Origin: a bacterium
Lineage (GTDB): Bacteria > Chloroflexota > Dormibacteria > Aeolococcales > Aeolococcaceae
Assembly: GCA_014874355.1 (NCBI GenBank)
Contig: JACWAJ010000048.1
Location: 1-62,552, forward strand
Direction: 5' to 3'
DNA: 62,552 bases
The notes under the pieces were generated by a model. That model did not search any database. It was not told the DNA's origin and saw only the letters and a program-made list of their open reading frames with translations. Both the position numbers and the translations under genes were made by a program. Of this stretch, positions 29,631 to 38,094 are shown piece after piece. Numbering within the stretch: the first letter of the stretch is position 1; the number at the start of each line of letters is the position of its first letter.

Positions 29631-32086
29631 CGCCGGATCTCGGCTCCACAGCGGACCTTGAGAGCGACGGCGATAGTCTCCTCGGCCGCCTTGGCCTCTT
29701 CGCCCGTCAATGTGCGATCGCTGGACCTAAAGCCAAGCCGAAACGTCCAGCCCTTGTGACCTTCTGGCACGCCATCGCCACGGTACTCGTCGTACAGCTC
29801 GACCGCGTCGAGCAGCTGGCCTCCGGCTTCACGGATCGCAGCCAGGGCATCGCCCGCGGGGGTGCCGGTGGCGACGATGACGGCGAGGTCGTGGATGACA
29901 GCCGGAAATCGAGGTGGTGCATGGTAGCGCGGCAGTCGAGGTGGCTCCAATACGAGCGCATCCAGGCGCACCTCGGCGACCACCACCCGGTCGCGAAGAC
30001 CAAGTGCCAGGGTCACGTTGTCGTCGACCTCGCCCAGTAGCCCGATGACAGTGCCACCACAGAGCACCTTGCCGCGCCGTCCCGGTCGCAGTCCCTCGAT
30101 ATCGGCACCGGCCACCTCCAGGGGGTGGCCGGTGAGGTCGTGGGACATGCGGTCGAGCGTCGACTGGATGTGACACAGCATGTGTTCGGCGGTGTTGGCA
30201 CCGGCCGCATGGGCCACGACGGCCAATATCACCGGTTCGGCGGGGAGCGGCGGCAAGTCGTGGTCGGCTCCGTCGCGCGTTGAGCCCGCCGGTGGCGCCA
30301 GTCGCTCGCCCTGCCAGTAAACGCGGCCGATCTCGAAGAGTGAGACGTCGTCGAGGCCCCGGTTCAGGTTGCCTGCCAGGGCCTTGCACAGACCTGGCAG
30401 GCAGCTCGTCCGCATGAGGCTCCATTCCTCGCTGAGAGGATTCATCAGCGGCAACGGAGTACGCTCTCCGCCAATACCCGCAATGGCCGTTGCCAGTGCA
30501 GGCGAGACGAACGACCAGGTGATCGCCTCGTCGAACCCCGCTCCAACCATCACGTCACGCACCCTCTCGTCAGCCGGAGGGTCGGGTGCGAGGCTGCCGG
30601 CATCGCTGCGCCGAGACGGCAGGGTGCTGGGGATACGGGCGTAGCCGAACCGTCGCGCCACCTCTTCGACGACATCTTCGGAGATGCCGACATCCCGGCG
30701 GAAGTGCGGTGGGGTGACGATGAGCGCATCGAGATCCTGTTCGACTGAGAATCCGAGCGACATAAGCGCATCCGCGGCTTCGACTGGATCAACCGCAAAG
30801 CCGAGCAGCCGGCTGAGCGCAGCCGTGGTAACCTGGATCGGTTCGATGTTGGGCAGCGGCCGGACTCGGACGTCGATTCGATCCTTGAGCACCCGTCCCC
30901 CACCCAACTTGGCGATCATGGCCGCCGCGCGATCAAGTGCCAGGGGCGGGAGCGTGTCGGACAGCCCCTTTTCGAAGAGTGCCGACGCATCGGTGCGCAC
31001 TCCATGCCGGTTGGACGTGGCGCGAATGCTCGGCCCGTCCCAACTCGCAGCTTCGAGCAAAACCGTGGTCGTCGCCTCGTCGACGGCAGTCTCGTCGCCA
31101 CCCATCACGCCGGCCAAGCTCACGACACGCTCGCTCGCGCACACAACCAGATCTGTCTCGTCGAGAGTGCGCACAACACCGTCGATGCAGGTGATGGTGT
31201 CGCCCGTACGTGCGCGCCGCACCACAACAGGTGCCACCTCCCCTCCTCCTGCGGCTGCGGTGAAACGAGCTTGGTCGAAAGCATGCAACGGCTGGCCGAG
31301 TTCATGGGTGACGTAGTTGGTGACGTCCACGATGTTGTTGATGGGACGCACCCCGATGGCACGCAACCGTCGTTGTAGCCAGGGTGGCGATGGTGCCACA
31401 GTGAGACCTTCGATAACGCGGACGGCAAAACGCGGACATCCCTCCCCATCCTGGACATCAACGCTGACAAGCGCCGACACCGAAGCATCCGAAAAATGCG
31501 CGTCACGGATGTCACTGTCGATATCGCGCAACGGTTCGCGCAGCGCCGCAGCCAGTTCACGGGCTATGCCGAAATGGCACATGCAATCCGGACGGTTGGT
31601 CGTGACATCGATGTCGAAGACAACGTCGAGGGGCAGGATCTCGTGGATCGGTTGACCGGGGCGTCCGGTATCGAGAAGATATATGCCGTCGGCGTCGTCG
31701 CTCAAGCCCAATTCGACCGCTGAGCAGAGCATCCCTGGCGAGTGGTACTTGCCGCCAAACATGGCACGAACGGCGAGTGGCTGATACCAGCCGGTCAGCA
31801 GTGTTCCCGGCTGAGCGTAGGGGACCAGGTCGTCCGCTTTGACGTTGGGTGCCCCGGTGACCACTCGAACCGGTTCCGCACCACCGACGTCAAGGTCGGC
31901 GAGGATCACACCCTTGGTCGACTCCGGAATGGGCTCGGTGCCCAGGATCTTGGCCACTATCACGCCGTCGAGCCCGTGGTGAACGTGGTCCACTTCAGTC
32001 CCGCTTTGCACTAGGGCATTCACGAGATTTTCGATCGGGACGTCAAGGCTGGCGTAATCGCGCAGCCATTCCAGCGATATCTTCAT
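29627..32086 (-). CDS. pheT: Phenylalanine--tRNA ligase beta subunit
   Basis: MKISLEWLRDY N-terminus, then tRNA-binding, B3/4, B5 and FDX-ACB domains. 819 aa. Confidence 0.95.
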   Translation of the reverse strand: MKISLEWLRDYASLDVPIENLVNALVQSGTEVDHVHHGLDGVIVAKILGTEPIPESTKGVILADLDVGGAEPVRVVTGAPNVKADDLVPYAQPGTLLTGWYQPLAVRAMFGGKYHSPGMLCSAVELGLSDDADGIYLLDTGRPGQPIHEILPLDVVFDIDVTTNRPDCMCHFGIARELAAALREPLRDIDSDIRDAHFSDASVSALVSVDVQDGEGCPRFAVRVIEGLTVAPSPPWLQRRLRAIGVRPINNIVDVTNYVTHELGQPLHAFDQARFTAAAGGGEVAPVVVRRARTGDTITCIDGVVRTLDETDLVVCASERVVSLAGVMGGDETAVDEATTTVLLEAASWDGPSIRATSNRHGVRTDASALFEKGLSDTLPPLALDRAAAMIAKLGGGRVLKDRIDVRVRPLPNIEPIQVTTAALSRLLGFAVDPVEAADALMSLGFSVEQDLDALIVTPPHFRRDVGISEDVVEEVARRFGYARIPSTLPSRRSDAGSLAPDPPADERVRDVMVGAGFDEAITWSFVSPALATAIAGIGGERTPLPLMNPLSEEWSLMRTSCLPGLCKALAGNLNRGLDDVSLFEIGRVYWQGERLAPPAGSTRDGADHDLPPLPAEPVILAVVAHAAGANTAEHMLCHIQSTLDRMSHDLTGHPLEVAGADIEGLRPGRRGKVLCGGTVIGLLGEVDDNVTLALGLRDRVVVAEVRLDALVLEPPRLPRYHAPPRFPAVIHDLAVIVATGTPAGDALAAIREAGGQLLDAVELYDEYRGDGVPEGHKGWTFRLGFRSSDRTLTGEEAKAAEETIAVALKVRCGAEIRR

Positions 32087-32093
32087 CTTCTAC

Positions 32094-33104
32094 TCAGCCC
32101 TGGCGCAGATAGCGAACATCGTTTTCATAGACGAGGCGACCGTCCTCGATGACGTAGAGCAGTTGTGCCAACCGTTCCGCGCCGACGCCGAAGGCAAACC
32201 CTGAGTAGATCTCGGGATCGATGCCGCCATTGCGCAGCACGATGGGATGCACCATGCCCGCGCCCAGCACTTCGAGCCAGCCGCTGTGCTTGCATGTCTT
32301 GCAGCCGTCGCCGCCGCACACCATGCACGAGATGTCGACCTCCAGAGAGGGTTCGGTGAACTCGAAATGGTGCGGTCGAAACCGGATGCCGCGGTCCGGC
32401 CCGAAAAGCGAACGGGCAAAGTATTCCAAGGTGCCCTTGAGATCACCCAGCGAGACCCCTTCGTCAATGCAGAGTCCTTCGATCTGGTGGAACATGGGGA
32501 AATGGGTGGCGTCGTAATCACGGCGGAAGGTCTTGCCGGGCGCGATGATCCGTTGCGGCGCGCCGTGTTGGATCATGCTGCGGATCTGGACCGGTGATGT
32601 CTGGGTTCGCAGCACGCGCCATTCATCGATGAAGAATGTCGCCTGCGTCTCGCGCGACGGATGTCCCGGCGGCATGTTCACAAGGGTGAAGTTGTAGCGG
32701 TCGTACTCGATTTCAGGCCCGCTGGCAGCGCTGTAGCCGAGTTGCGCGAAGATCCGCCGCACCTCACGCAAGATCTTTGTGACGGGATGGAGGCTGCCCC
32801 GGCACAGTCGCGGCGCGGGCCGGGTCAGGTCGAGGGCCTCGATCTCAAGTTGACGTGTCCGAACGGCGGCCTCGAGTGCCGCACGTCGCTCTTCGAGGGC
32901 TTTGGCCGTGCGTTCACACAGTTCGTTGACCGTCTGCCCCAACTGACGGCGAGCCTGCGGGTCAACGACTGCGCCGAGCTGCTTGCGAAAGATCGTCAAC
33001 AGCCCGTCGCCGCGGCCTAAATAGAGAGCGCGGACCGCCTCCAACCCGTCCAGGCCGGTGGCGCCTGCAATCTCGTCCAGGGCATGCGCCGCCACGCTGT
33101 GCAT
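32094..33104 (-). CDS. pheS: Phenylalanine--tRNA ligase alpha subunit
   Basis: HPV..., RTQTSPVQIR, FRRDYDATHFPMFHQIEG and GFAFGVGAERLA. The start was trimmed to ATG 33104, downstream of the rplT stop. Confidence 0.95.
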   Translation of the reverse strand: MHSVAAHALDEIAGATGLDGLEAVRALYLGRGDGLLTIFRKQLGAVVDPQARRQLGQTVNELCERTAKALEERRAALEAAVRTRQLEIEALDLTRPAPRLCRGSLHPVTKILREVRRIFAQLGYSAASGPEIEYDRYNFTLVNMPPGHPSRETQATFFIDEWRVLRTQTSPVQIRSMIQHGAPQRIIAPGKTFRRDYDATHFPMFHQIEGLCIDEGVSLGDLKGTLEYFARSLFGPDRGIRFRPHHFEFTEPSLEVDISCMVCGGDGCKTCKHSGWLEVLGAGMVHPIVLRNGGIDPEIYSGFAFGVGAERLAQLLYVIEDGRLVYENDVRYLRQG

Positions 33105-33148
33105 GTCGGCCGTTGCAGATTCGCCCGCGCCATTGCCCGGTGGCAAGC

Positions 33149-33511
33149 TCACGCCTTTGCGAGACTGCCCTTGGCCAGCTCGACCAGGTGCTGGAACGAC
33201 GCCGTATCGCTTACCGCCAATTCCGACAGCACCTTGCGGTTGAGGTCGATGCCGGCACACTTCAGACCATGCATGAACTGGTTGTAGGGCATGCCGTTCT
33301 GCCGCGTTGCAGCATTGATGCGAGCGATCCAAAGCCCGCGCATGTCGCCCTTGCGCTGCTTGCGATCGCGGTAGGCGTACGCCAGCGCATGCATGACCGC
33401 TTCGTTAGCAGGTTTGAAGAGCAGGCGGCGTGTACCGCCCATCCCCTCTGCCAGTTCGAGAATCTTCTTGTGACGTGCGCGTCCTGTTACGCCACGCTTA
33501 ACTCGTGCCAT
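33149..33511 (-). CDS. rplT: 50S ribosomal protein L20
   Basis: [18 protein letters not shown]...AYRDRKQRK. Confidence 0.95.
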   Translation of the reverse strand: MARVKRGVTGRARHKKILELAEGMGGTRRLLFKPANEAVMHALAYAYRDRKQRKGDMRGLWIARINAATRQNGMPYNQFMHGLKCAGIDLNRKVLSELAVSDTASFQHLVELAKGSLAKA

Positions 33512-33525
33512 TACGTACCCCTCGC

Positions 33526-33723
33526 CTACATGTACGGCGCTCGGCGCCGGATGTTCTTCAGTTGCGTCCCCACAACCTCGTGCAGGTTGGCGTAGGTGCG
33601 CTTGCGCTTACTGCTCTTCTTCTGGAGCAGATGAGAACGGAACGACTTGCGGCGCATCACCTTGCCAGTGCTGGTGACGTGAAACCGCTTTTTGGTTCCT
33701 CGATGAGTTCGAATTTTGGGCAT
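33526..33723 (-). CDS. rpmI: 50S ribosomal protein L35
   Basis: [19 protein letters not shown].. Confidence 0.95.
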   Translation of the reverse strand: MPKIRTHRGTKKRFHVTSTGKVMRRKSFRSHLLQKKSSKRKRTYANLHEVVGTQLKNIRRRAPYM

Positions 33724-33728
33724 TGACG

Positions 33729-34277
33729 TTACTGCTCCTTGGACACCGGCTTGGGCAATCCCTTGGACATCGGGCTCATGATCATGATCATGTTGCGGCC
33801 TTCGACGAGCGGCGACCGCTCCACTATTGCCGTTTCCTTGAGTTCTTCGGCCATGCGATCGAGGAGTTTCCTGCCGTACTCCTGGTGAACGATCTCGCGG
33901 CCCCTGAACATGATCGTGAGCTTGACCTTGTCTCCATCAGCAAGGAAGTGCTTGACGTAACCGAACTTGGTCTGGAAGTCATTCTCCGAGATCTTCGGCC
34001 GCAGCTTCATTTCCTTGACGTGGGTGACGTGGTGTTCCCTCCGGCTCTCCTTCTCCTTCTTAAGTGCCTCGAACTTGAATCGCCCGTAGTCCATGAGACG
34101 GCATACGGGAGGTTGTGCCTGCGGCGCCACCTCGACGAGATCGAGTTCACGCTCCACGGCAAGCCGCTTCGCCTGCTCCAGTGGAACGATCCCGATGGCC
34201 TCGTCAGTGGTGTCGTCGAATAGTCGAACCTGCGGGATGCGAATCTGGTCGTTGACCCGCAACTCTCGAAACGTGAT
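33729..34277 (-). CDS. infC: Translation initiation factor IF-3
   Basis: [15 protein letters not shown]..., and a C-terminal domain with [14 protein letters not shown]. The track ORF starts at TTG 34262, but AGGAGG lies 24 nt upstream of it. An in-frame ATC at 34277 sits 9 nt after AGGAGG, which fits the atypical AUU/AUC/AUA start known for infC. Confidence 0.9.
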   Translation of the reverse strand: MTFRELRVNDQIRIPQVRLFDDTTDEAIGIVPLEQAKRLAVERELDLVEVAPQAQPPVCRLMDYGRFKFEALKKEKESRREHHVTHVKEMKLRPKISENDFQTKFGYVKHFLADGDKVKLTIMFRGREIVHQEYGRKLLDRMAEELKETAIVERSPLVEGRNMIMIMSPMSKGLPKPVSKEQ

Positions 34278-34430
34278 GGGTCAAAACCTCCTGAAAATAA
34301 AAAATGGATAGCTACCGCTATCCAGGGATCGGCCGTCTGGACCTCCAAGGCAAGCCCGGAAGGTGGAGCCCGCTCCGAACGGAACCCTCTTCACGGTGTG
34401 TCCCGATAGGACCACCGGCGCGCCAGTATA
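34278..34430 (-). promoter_or_regulatory. infC operon leader with a -10-like TGgTATACT and an internal terminator (L20-leader-like attenuator candidate)
   Basis: The minus strand reads GTGGTATACT (extended -10, at 34425-34433), then about 100 nt of GC-rich pairable leader, then a terminator hairpin directly abutting the infC Shine-Dalgarno sequence. Confidence 0.4.
34293..34323 (-). terminator. Intrinsic terminator/attenuator immediately upstream of the infC SD
   Basis: The minus strand reads GGATAGC-GGTA-GCTATCC followed by ATTTTTTATTTT, then C-AGGAGG. Confidence 0.5.
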
Positions 34431-34602
34431 CCACGCGTCGCGCCGGCGAATTCATTCATGTACGTCTGGACGGATCCGGGAATCTTGGTCACTCTGGCCG
34501 TCACGTTGGGCTTGGATCGGGCCAGATCAGGTTGATAAGTTTTCGGGGTCACCCTCGTACACCCAGGGGTGTCCACGAGCCAATCCGGTACGGTAACCGA
34601 CC

Positions 34603-34830
34603 ATGCCACCTCTTCCCCGCGTCACCGGCAGAGAGATCGTTGGCGCGCTCTCCAAACTGGGATGGACGGTCGTCGCGCAAAGAGGTTCGCATGCTCAACT
34701 CAAACATCCGACGAGGGGCGGTCGCGTCACGGTCCCGCTCCACGCCGGCGAGACCATCGGACCTGGTCTACTGCGATCAATCCTCGCCCAGGCTGGACTC
34801 TCCGCTGACGAATTTCGCGCGGCTCTGTGA
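34603..34830 (+). CDS. hicA: HicA-family mRNA interferase toxin
   Basis: 75 aa. ...GREIVGALSKLGWTVVAQRGSHAQLKHP...TVPLHAGETIGPGLLRSILAQAGLS shows the dsRBD-like HicA pattern with the conserved GSH motif. Confidence 0.85.
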   Translation: MPPLPRVTGREIVGALSKLGWTVVAQRGSHAQLKHPTRGGRVTVPLHAGETIGPGLLRSILAQAGLSADEFRAAL

Positions 34831-34831
34831 G

Positions 34832-35068
34832 ATGATGATAACCATGCGGACGTACACGATCGTGGTCGAACCCGAACCCTCCGGTGGCTTCAGGGTGACA
34901 GTCCCTGCGCTACCCGGGTGCTTCACCCAAGGCAGCACCCTAGATGAATGCCGGGAGCGCGCAGCCGAGGCCATCGCAGTGCATGTAGCAGGCCTGCAAT
35001 CGGATGGGGAGCCCGTCCCCGACGAGGTGGCAATACCCCAACTGCTCAGCGTCACTGTTGCCGCGTAG
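34832..35068 (+). CDS. hicB: HicB-family antitoxin (short, UPF0150-type, no obvious DNA-binding domain)
   Basis: YTIVVEPEPSGGFRVTVPALPGCFTQGSTLDECRERAAEAIAVHV is the HicB N-domain signature. The ATG lies 1 nt after the hicA stop. The rest of the 254-aa track ORF is artefact. Confidence 0.8.
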   Translation: MMITMRTYTIVVEPEPSGGFRVTVPALPGCFTQGSTLDECRERAAEAIAVHVAGLQSDGEPVPDEVAIPQLLSVTVAA

Positions 35069-35191
35069 CCCTGCCTGATCGGGTCAGGACTGCCCAGCCG
35101 CCACGGCGGAATACCTTGCAACGGCGCCCGATCCTATAAAAGCATCCCCACAGGCCGGACGCCCAAATGCTCAGGATCGACAATGCCTCGG

Positions 35192-37006
35192 CTAATTCGG
35201 CCGGCGCTCGGCAACCTCGGTTGAGAGCCTGCTCGCCAGTTCGTCGACGCTCAGGTTCTCCTGGCCGCCCCGCCTTGTGTCGCGGACGTTGACGATGTCG
35301 TCACCGCGCGCAACATCGCGCTTGCCCACAACGATCACATACGGCACCTTGCGCATCTCGGCATCGCGGATGCGGGCCTGCATGCGCTCTCCCGGCTTGT
35401 CGTGCACCTCGACCCGAAGGCCACTGGCTGCCATGCGTTTGACGAGGCCGGCGCAATAGTCGACCACTTCGGGGACGTCGTCCTGCACCGGGACGATCTC
35501 GACCTGGACCGGTGCCAGCCACAAGGGGAAGTGCCCGGCGTAGTGTTCAACCAGGCATCCGAAGAATCGCTCCACGCTTCCCAACAGGGCCCGGTGCACC
35601 ATTACGGGGCGGTGCTTTTCGCCATCCTCGCCGATGTATTCGAGGTCGAAGTTGCACGGCTGCGAGAAATCGAACTGAACCGTGGCGCACTGCCACTCGC
35701 GACCGAGAGCATCGAGAACCTTCATGTCGATCTTGGGGCCGTAAAAGGCGCCATCGCCGGGGTTGAGCTTGAAATCGATGTTCCGGAGTTTGAGCTGGTT
35801 TTCCAGCGCCGCCTCCGCCTGCTTCCATTCGGCCTCATCGCCAATCGCCTTGTCGGGCTTGGTGCTGAGGTAGATGTTGATGTCCGTAAAACCAAAGGTC
35901 TTGAACATGTCGAGCGAGAAGTCGACGACGTTGCCGATCTCCGACTCGATCTGCTCGGGGGTACAGAAGATGTGCGCATCATCCTGGGTGAAGCCCCGCA
36001 CGCGCAGCATGCCGTGGAGTACGCCACTGCGTTCGTACCGATAGACGGTTCCCAGTTCGGCAAGTCGCAGGGGCAACTCGCGGTAGGACCGCGTGCGGCT
36101 CTTGTATATGAGGATGTGGAAGGGGCAGTTCATCGGCTTGAGCTGATACGGACGTTCGTCGATGAACATCGGCCCGTACATACTGTCGGCGTAGAAGTCG
36201 AGATGCTTACTTGTCTCCCACAAGCCACGCTGCGCGATGTGGGGACTGAAAACCTGCTCGTAGCCACCGGCACGATGAGCCTGGCGCCAGTAGTCCTCGA
36301 TCACATTGCGCACCAGGCCACCCTTGGGATGCCAGAGAACCAGACCACCCCCGAGTTCGTCGCTCAGGCTGAATAGATCCAATTCCTGACCCAGACGCCG
36401 GTGATCGCGGCGCTTGGATTCTTCGAGGCGTTCCAGATAGGCGTCGAGTTCGGCTTGTGAAAACCACGCGGTCCCGTAGACGCGCTGTAGTTGTTCGTTG
36501 TGTTCGTCTCCACGCCAGTACACCCCGGCCACCCGCAGCAACCGCACCTCTTTCAACCATCCGGTATCCGGAACATGAGGTCCGCGGCAGAGGTCGACGA
36601 AGTCGCCTGTGCGGTAGATTGCAACCTCATTGATCTCATCGTCCATGCGATCGATGATGTCGACCTTGAAGGGCTGCTTCATCTCGTCGAAGAGGTGCCT
36701 GGCGTCTTTCCGTGACATGACCTCGCGCGTAAAGGGAACCTTCCGGCTGACGATCTCGCGCATCCGCTTCTCTATGAGGCCGAGATCGTCTGGGGTGAGG
36801 TGCCGGTCTTGTGGCAGGCGGAAGTTGTAGAAGAAGCCGTCGGTTACCGGCGGCCCGACATCGTACTGGGCGCCATCGAAGAGTTCGACCACGGCCGCCG
36901 CCATGAGGTGCGCGGCACTATGCCGGAGAATCTCCAGAGTCGGTTCGGCAGGTGCCAAGTGCGGTGGGCCTGCCTCGGCAGCGTCGCTGATATCTTCGTC
37001 CGTCAT
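35192..37006 (-). CDS. thrS: Threonine--tRNA ligase (no N-terminal TGS domain)
   Basis: Editing-domain HSAAHLM motif about 30 aa from the start, then the class II catalytic core (FHMLRV-type motif 2, GSVERF) and an anticodon-binding domain. The start is ATG 37006, or TTG 37033 for the maximal ORF. Confidence 0.95.
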   Translation of the reverse strand: MTDEDISDAAEAGPPHLAPAEPTLEILRHSAAHLMAAAVVELFDGAQYDVGPPVTDGFFYNFRLPQDRHLTPDDLGLIEKRMREIVSRKVPFTREVMSRKDARHLFDEMKQPFKVDIIDRMDDEINEVAIYRTGDFVDLCRGPHVPDTGWLKEVRLLRVAGVYWRGDEHNEQLQRVYGTAWFSQAELDAYLERLEESKRRDHRRLGQELDLFSLSDELGGGLVLWHPKGGLVRNVIEDYWRQAHRAGGYEQVFSPHIAQRGLWETSKHLDFYADSMYGPMFIDERPYQLKPMNCPFHILIYKSRTRSYRELPLRLAELGTVYRYERSGVLHGMLRVRGFTQDDAHIFCTPEQIESEIGNVVDFSLDMFKTFGFTDINIYLSTKPDKAIGDEAEWKQAEAALENQLKLRNIDFKLNPGDGAFYGPKIDMKVLDALGREWQCATVQFDFSQPCNFDLEYIGEDGEKHRPVMVHRALLGSVERFFGCLVEHYAGHFPLWLAPVQVEIVPVQDDVPEVVDYCAGLVKRMAASGLRVEVHDKPGERMQARIRDAEMRKVPYVIVVGKRDVARGDDIVNVRDTRRGGQENLSVDELASRLSTEVAERRPN

Positions 37007-37029
37007 GCCACTGGATTGTAGGGGTCGGC

Positions 37030-37314
37030 TCAACTGGTGAGACGCGACATCCCCCGAGGAACGTCCTCGCGATTCCCGCAGATCGACTCCAGTTGCGCTT
37101 CGGGGTTAGCGCCTCCGACCGAGACGTCGAGACTCAACTGACGGACCATCGGCAGGAGGTTCCGGCGACCCGCTTGGCGCGATTGCTGGCGAAGCCGCTC
37201 ATGACGTTCCGGGTCTGTAGAACAGCAGCGAACACTGCAGTACCTGGCGGTCGGCTTCTTGACGGGGTTGTTGCAACCACGGCGTGTGCAGGCGCGTCGC
37301 ACTTCGGCCTTCAC
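37030..37314 (-). CDS. Hypothetical small Cys-rich (zinc-finger-like) protein
   Basis: 94-aa ORF with a GTG start, an N-terminal C-x4-C-x11-C-x3-CC pattern (CTRRGCNNPVKKPTARYCSVRCC), and GC3 of about 70%. Its stop overlaps the thrS maximal ORF (TTGA). No family was recognised. Confidence 0.4.
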   Translation of the reverse strand: MKAEVRRACTRRGCNNPVKKPTARYCSVRCCSTDPERHERLRQQSRQAGRRNLLPMVRQLSLDVSVGGANPEAQLESICGNREDVPRGMSRLTS

Positions 37315-37632
37315 GCGCTTGCGGATGTCATGTTCCCCTCCATTGGTGGGTTAGTCTACGCAAGCCTCTTGAGCGCGTGTCAAGGTCCAAAACGGCCCCA
37401 GGCAACGACTTTATCCCCATTGTCACAACCCCACTTCCGGGCTTACACCGCAAACCGTTGTGCACAGTGTGGACAACCCTCCCGTGGGGAACGTGGAGGC
37501 GGTCCGCCGGCTGTGGGGAAACTACTGACAACATTGCCATGTAACTTGTTGCGATGCTTCCATGACGACATCGCCACATGCAAGGCAGTCGTCATGACCA
37601 CGAGCACGAGCCTTTCCGGCTCGAAGTGCGAG

Positions 37633-37709
37633 TGGTGGGCGCAACAGGGATCGAACCTGTGACCTCAGCGATGTCAACGCTGCGCTCGTACCAACTGAGC
37701 TATGCGCCC
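37633..37709 (-). tRNA. tRNA-Val (anticodon GAC), CCA encoded
   Basis: The reverse complement GGGCGCATAGCTCAGTTGGTACGAGCGCAGCGTTGACATCGCTGAGGTCACAGGTTCGATCCCTGTTGCGCCCACCA folds into a canonical cloverleaf: 7-bp acceptor stem, GTTCGATC T-loop, and anticodon loop TTGACAT. Confidence 0.92.
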
Positions 37710-37765
37710 TGGTCGATCAGGCTGGCTCCCGATCAGAACGGCGAAATGATACCAACCGGTGCCCG

Positions 37766-37960
37766 TCAGGAGACAGGTGCGGCTTCGTTTGCCATTGACA
37801 TGGCGCTGACTTCAGCCGCGTGGAGATCGGCAGCGGTCACCTCTACGCGAAGTACACCCTCGCATTCGTGGCAAACCACATGGAACGCCTCGGGTTGGCG
37901 AATCGGTCGTGCCAGCGCTTGTCTGTGCCCGCAACACTCGCAGGTGACGATGGCTCTCAT
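37766..37960 (-). CDS. Hypothetical small zinc-ribbon protein
   Basis: 64 aa counted from ATG 37960, which is preceded by GGAGG at 9 nt. There are two Cys pairs (CECCGH ... CHEC). The upstream part of the 128-aa track ORF is Arg-rich junk. Confidence 0.45.
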   Translation of the reverse strand: MRAIVTCECCGHRQALARPIRQPEAFHVVCHECEGVLRVEVTAADLHAAEVSAMSMANEAAPVS

Positions 37961-38094
37961 CACAGCTCGCCTCCGACGCAGCGGACCCCGGGTTCGGGGT
38001 TCGACGCTTTCGAGCTTGCCACTGGTGCGAGGCTGTGAACCGCGACGCATCGAGCCCGCGACCGCCTCGTTGCAGAGCCGCGACCTTGTCGCCG

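Noticed and set aside
34304-34831. Upstream 176 codons of the 254-aa plus-strand ORF that ends as HicB.
   Set aside because: Only the last roughly 78 residues match HicB. The upstream part overlaps hicA in another frame as well as the infC leader, and it is Arg/Ser/Pro-rich.
37034-37632. T-box riboswitch leader upstream of thrS. The same was considered upstream of alaS at 62249-62420.
   Set aside because: The minus-strand sequence contains no T-box consensus (GGGUGGNACCGCG). No specifier-loop/terminator arrangement could be built. The thrS region is instead occupied by an ORF with coding-like GC3.
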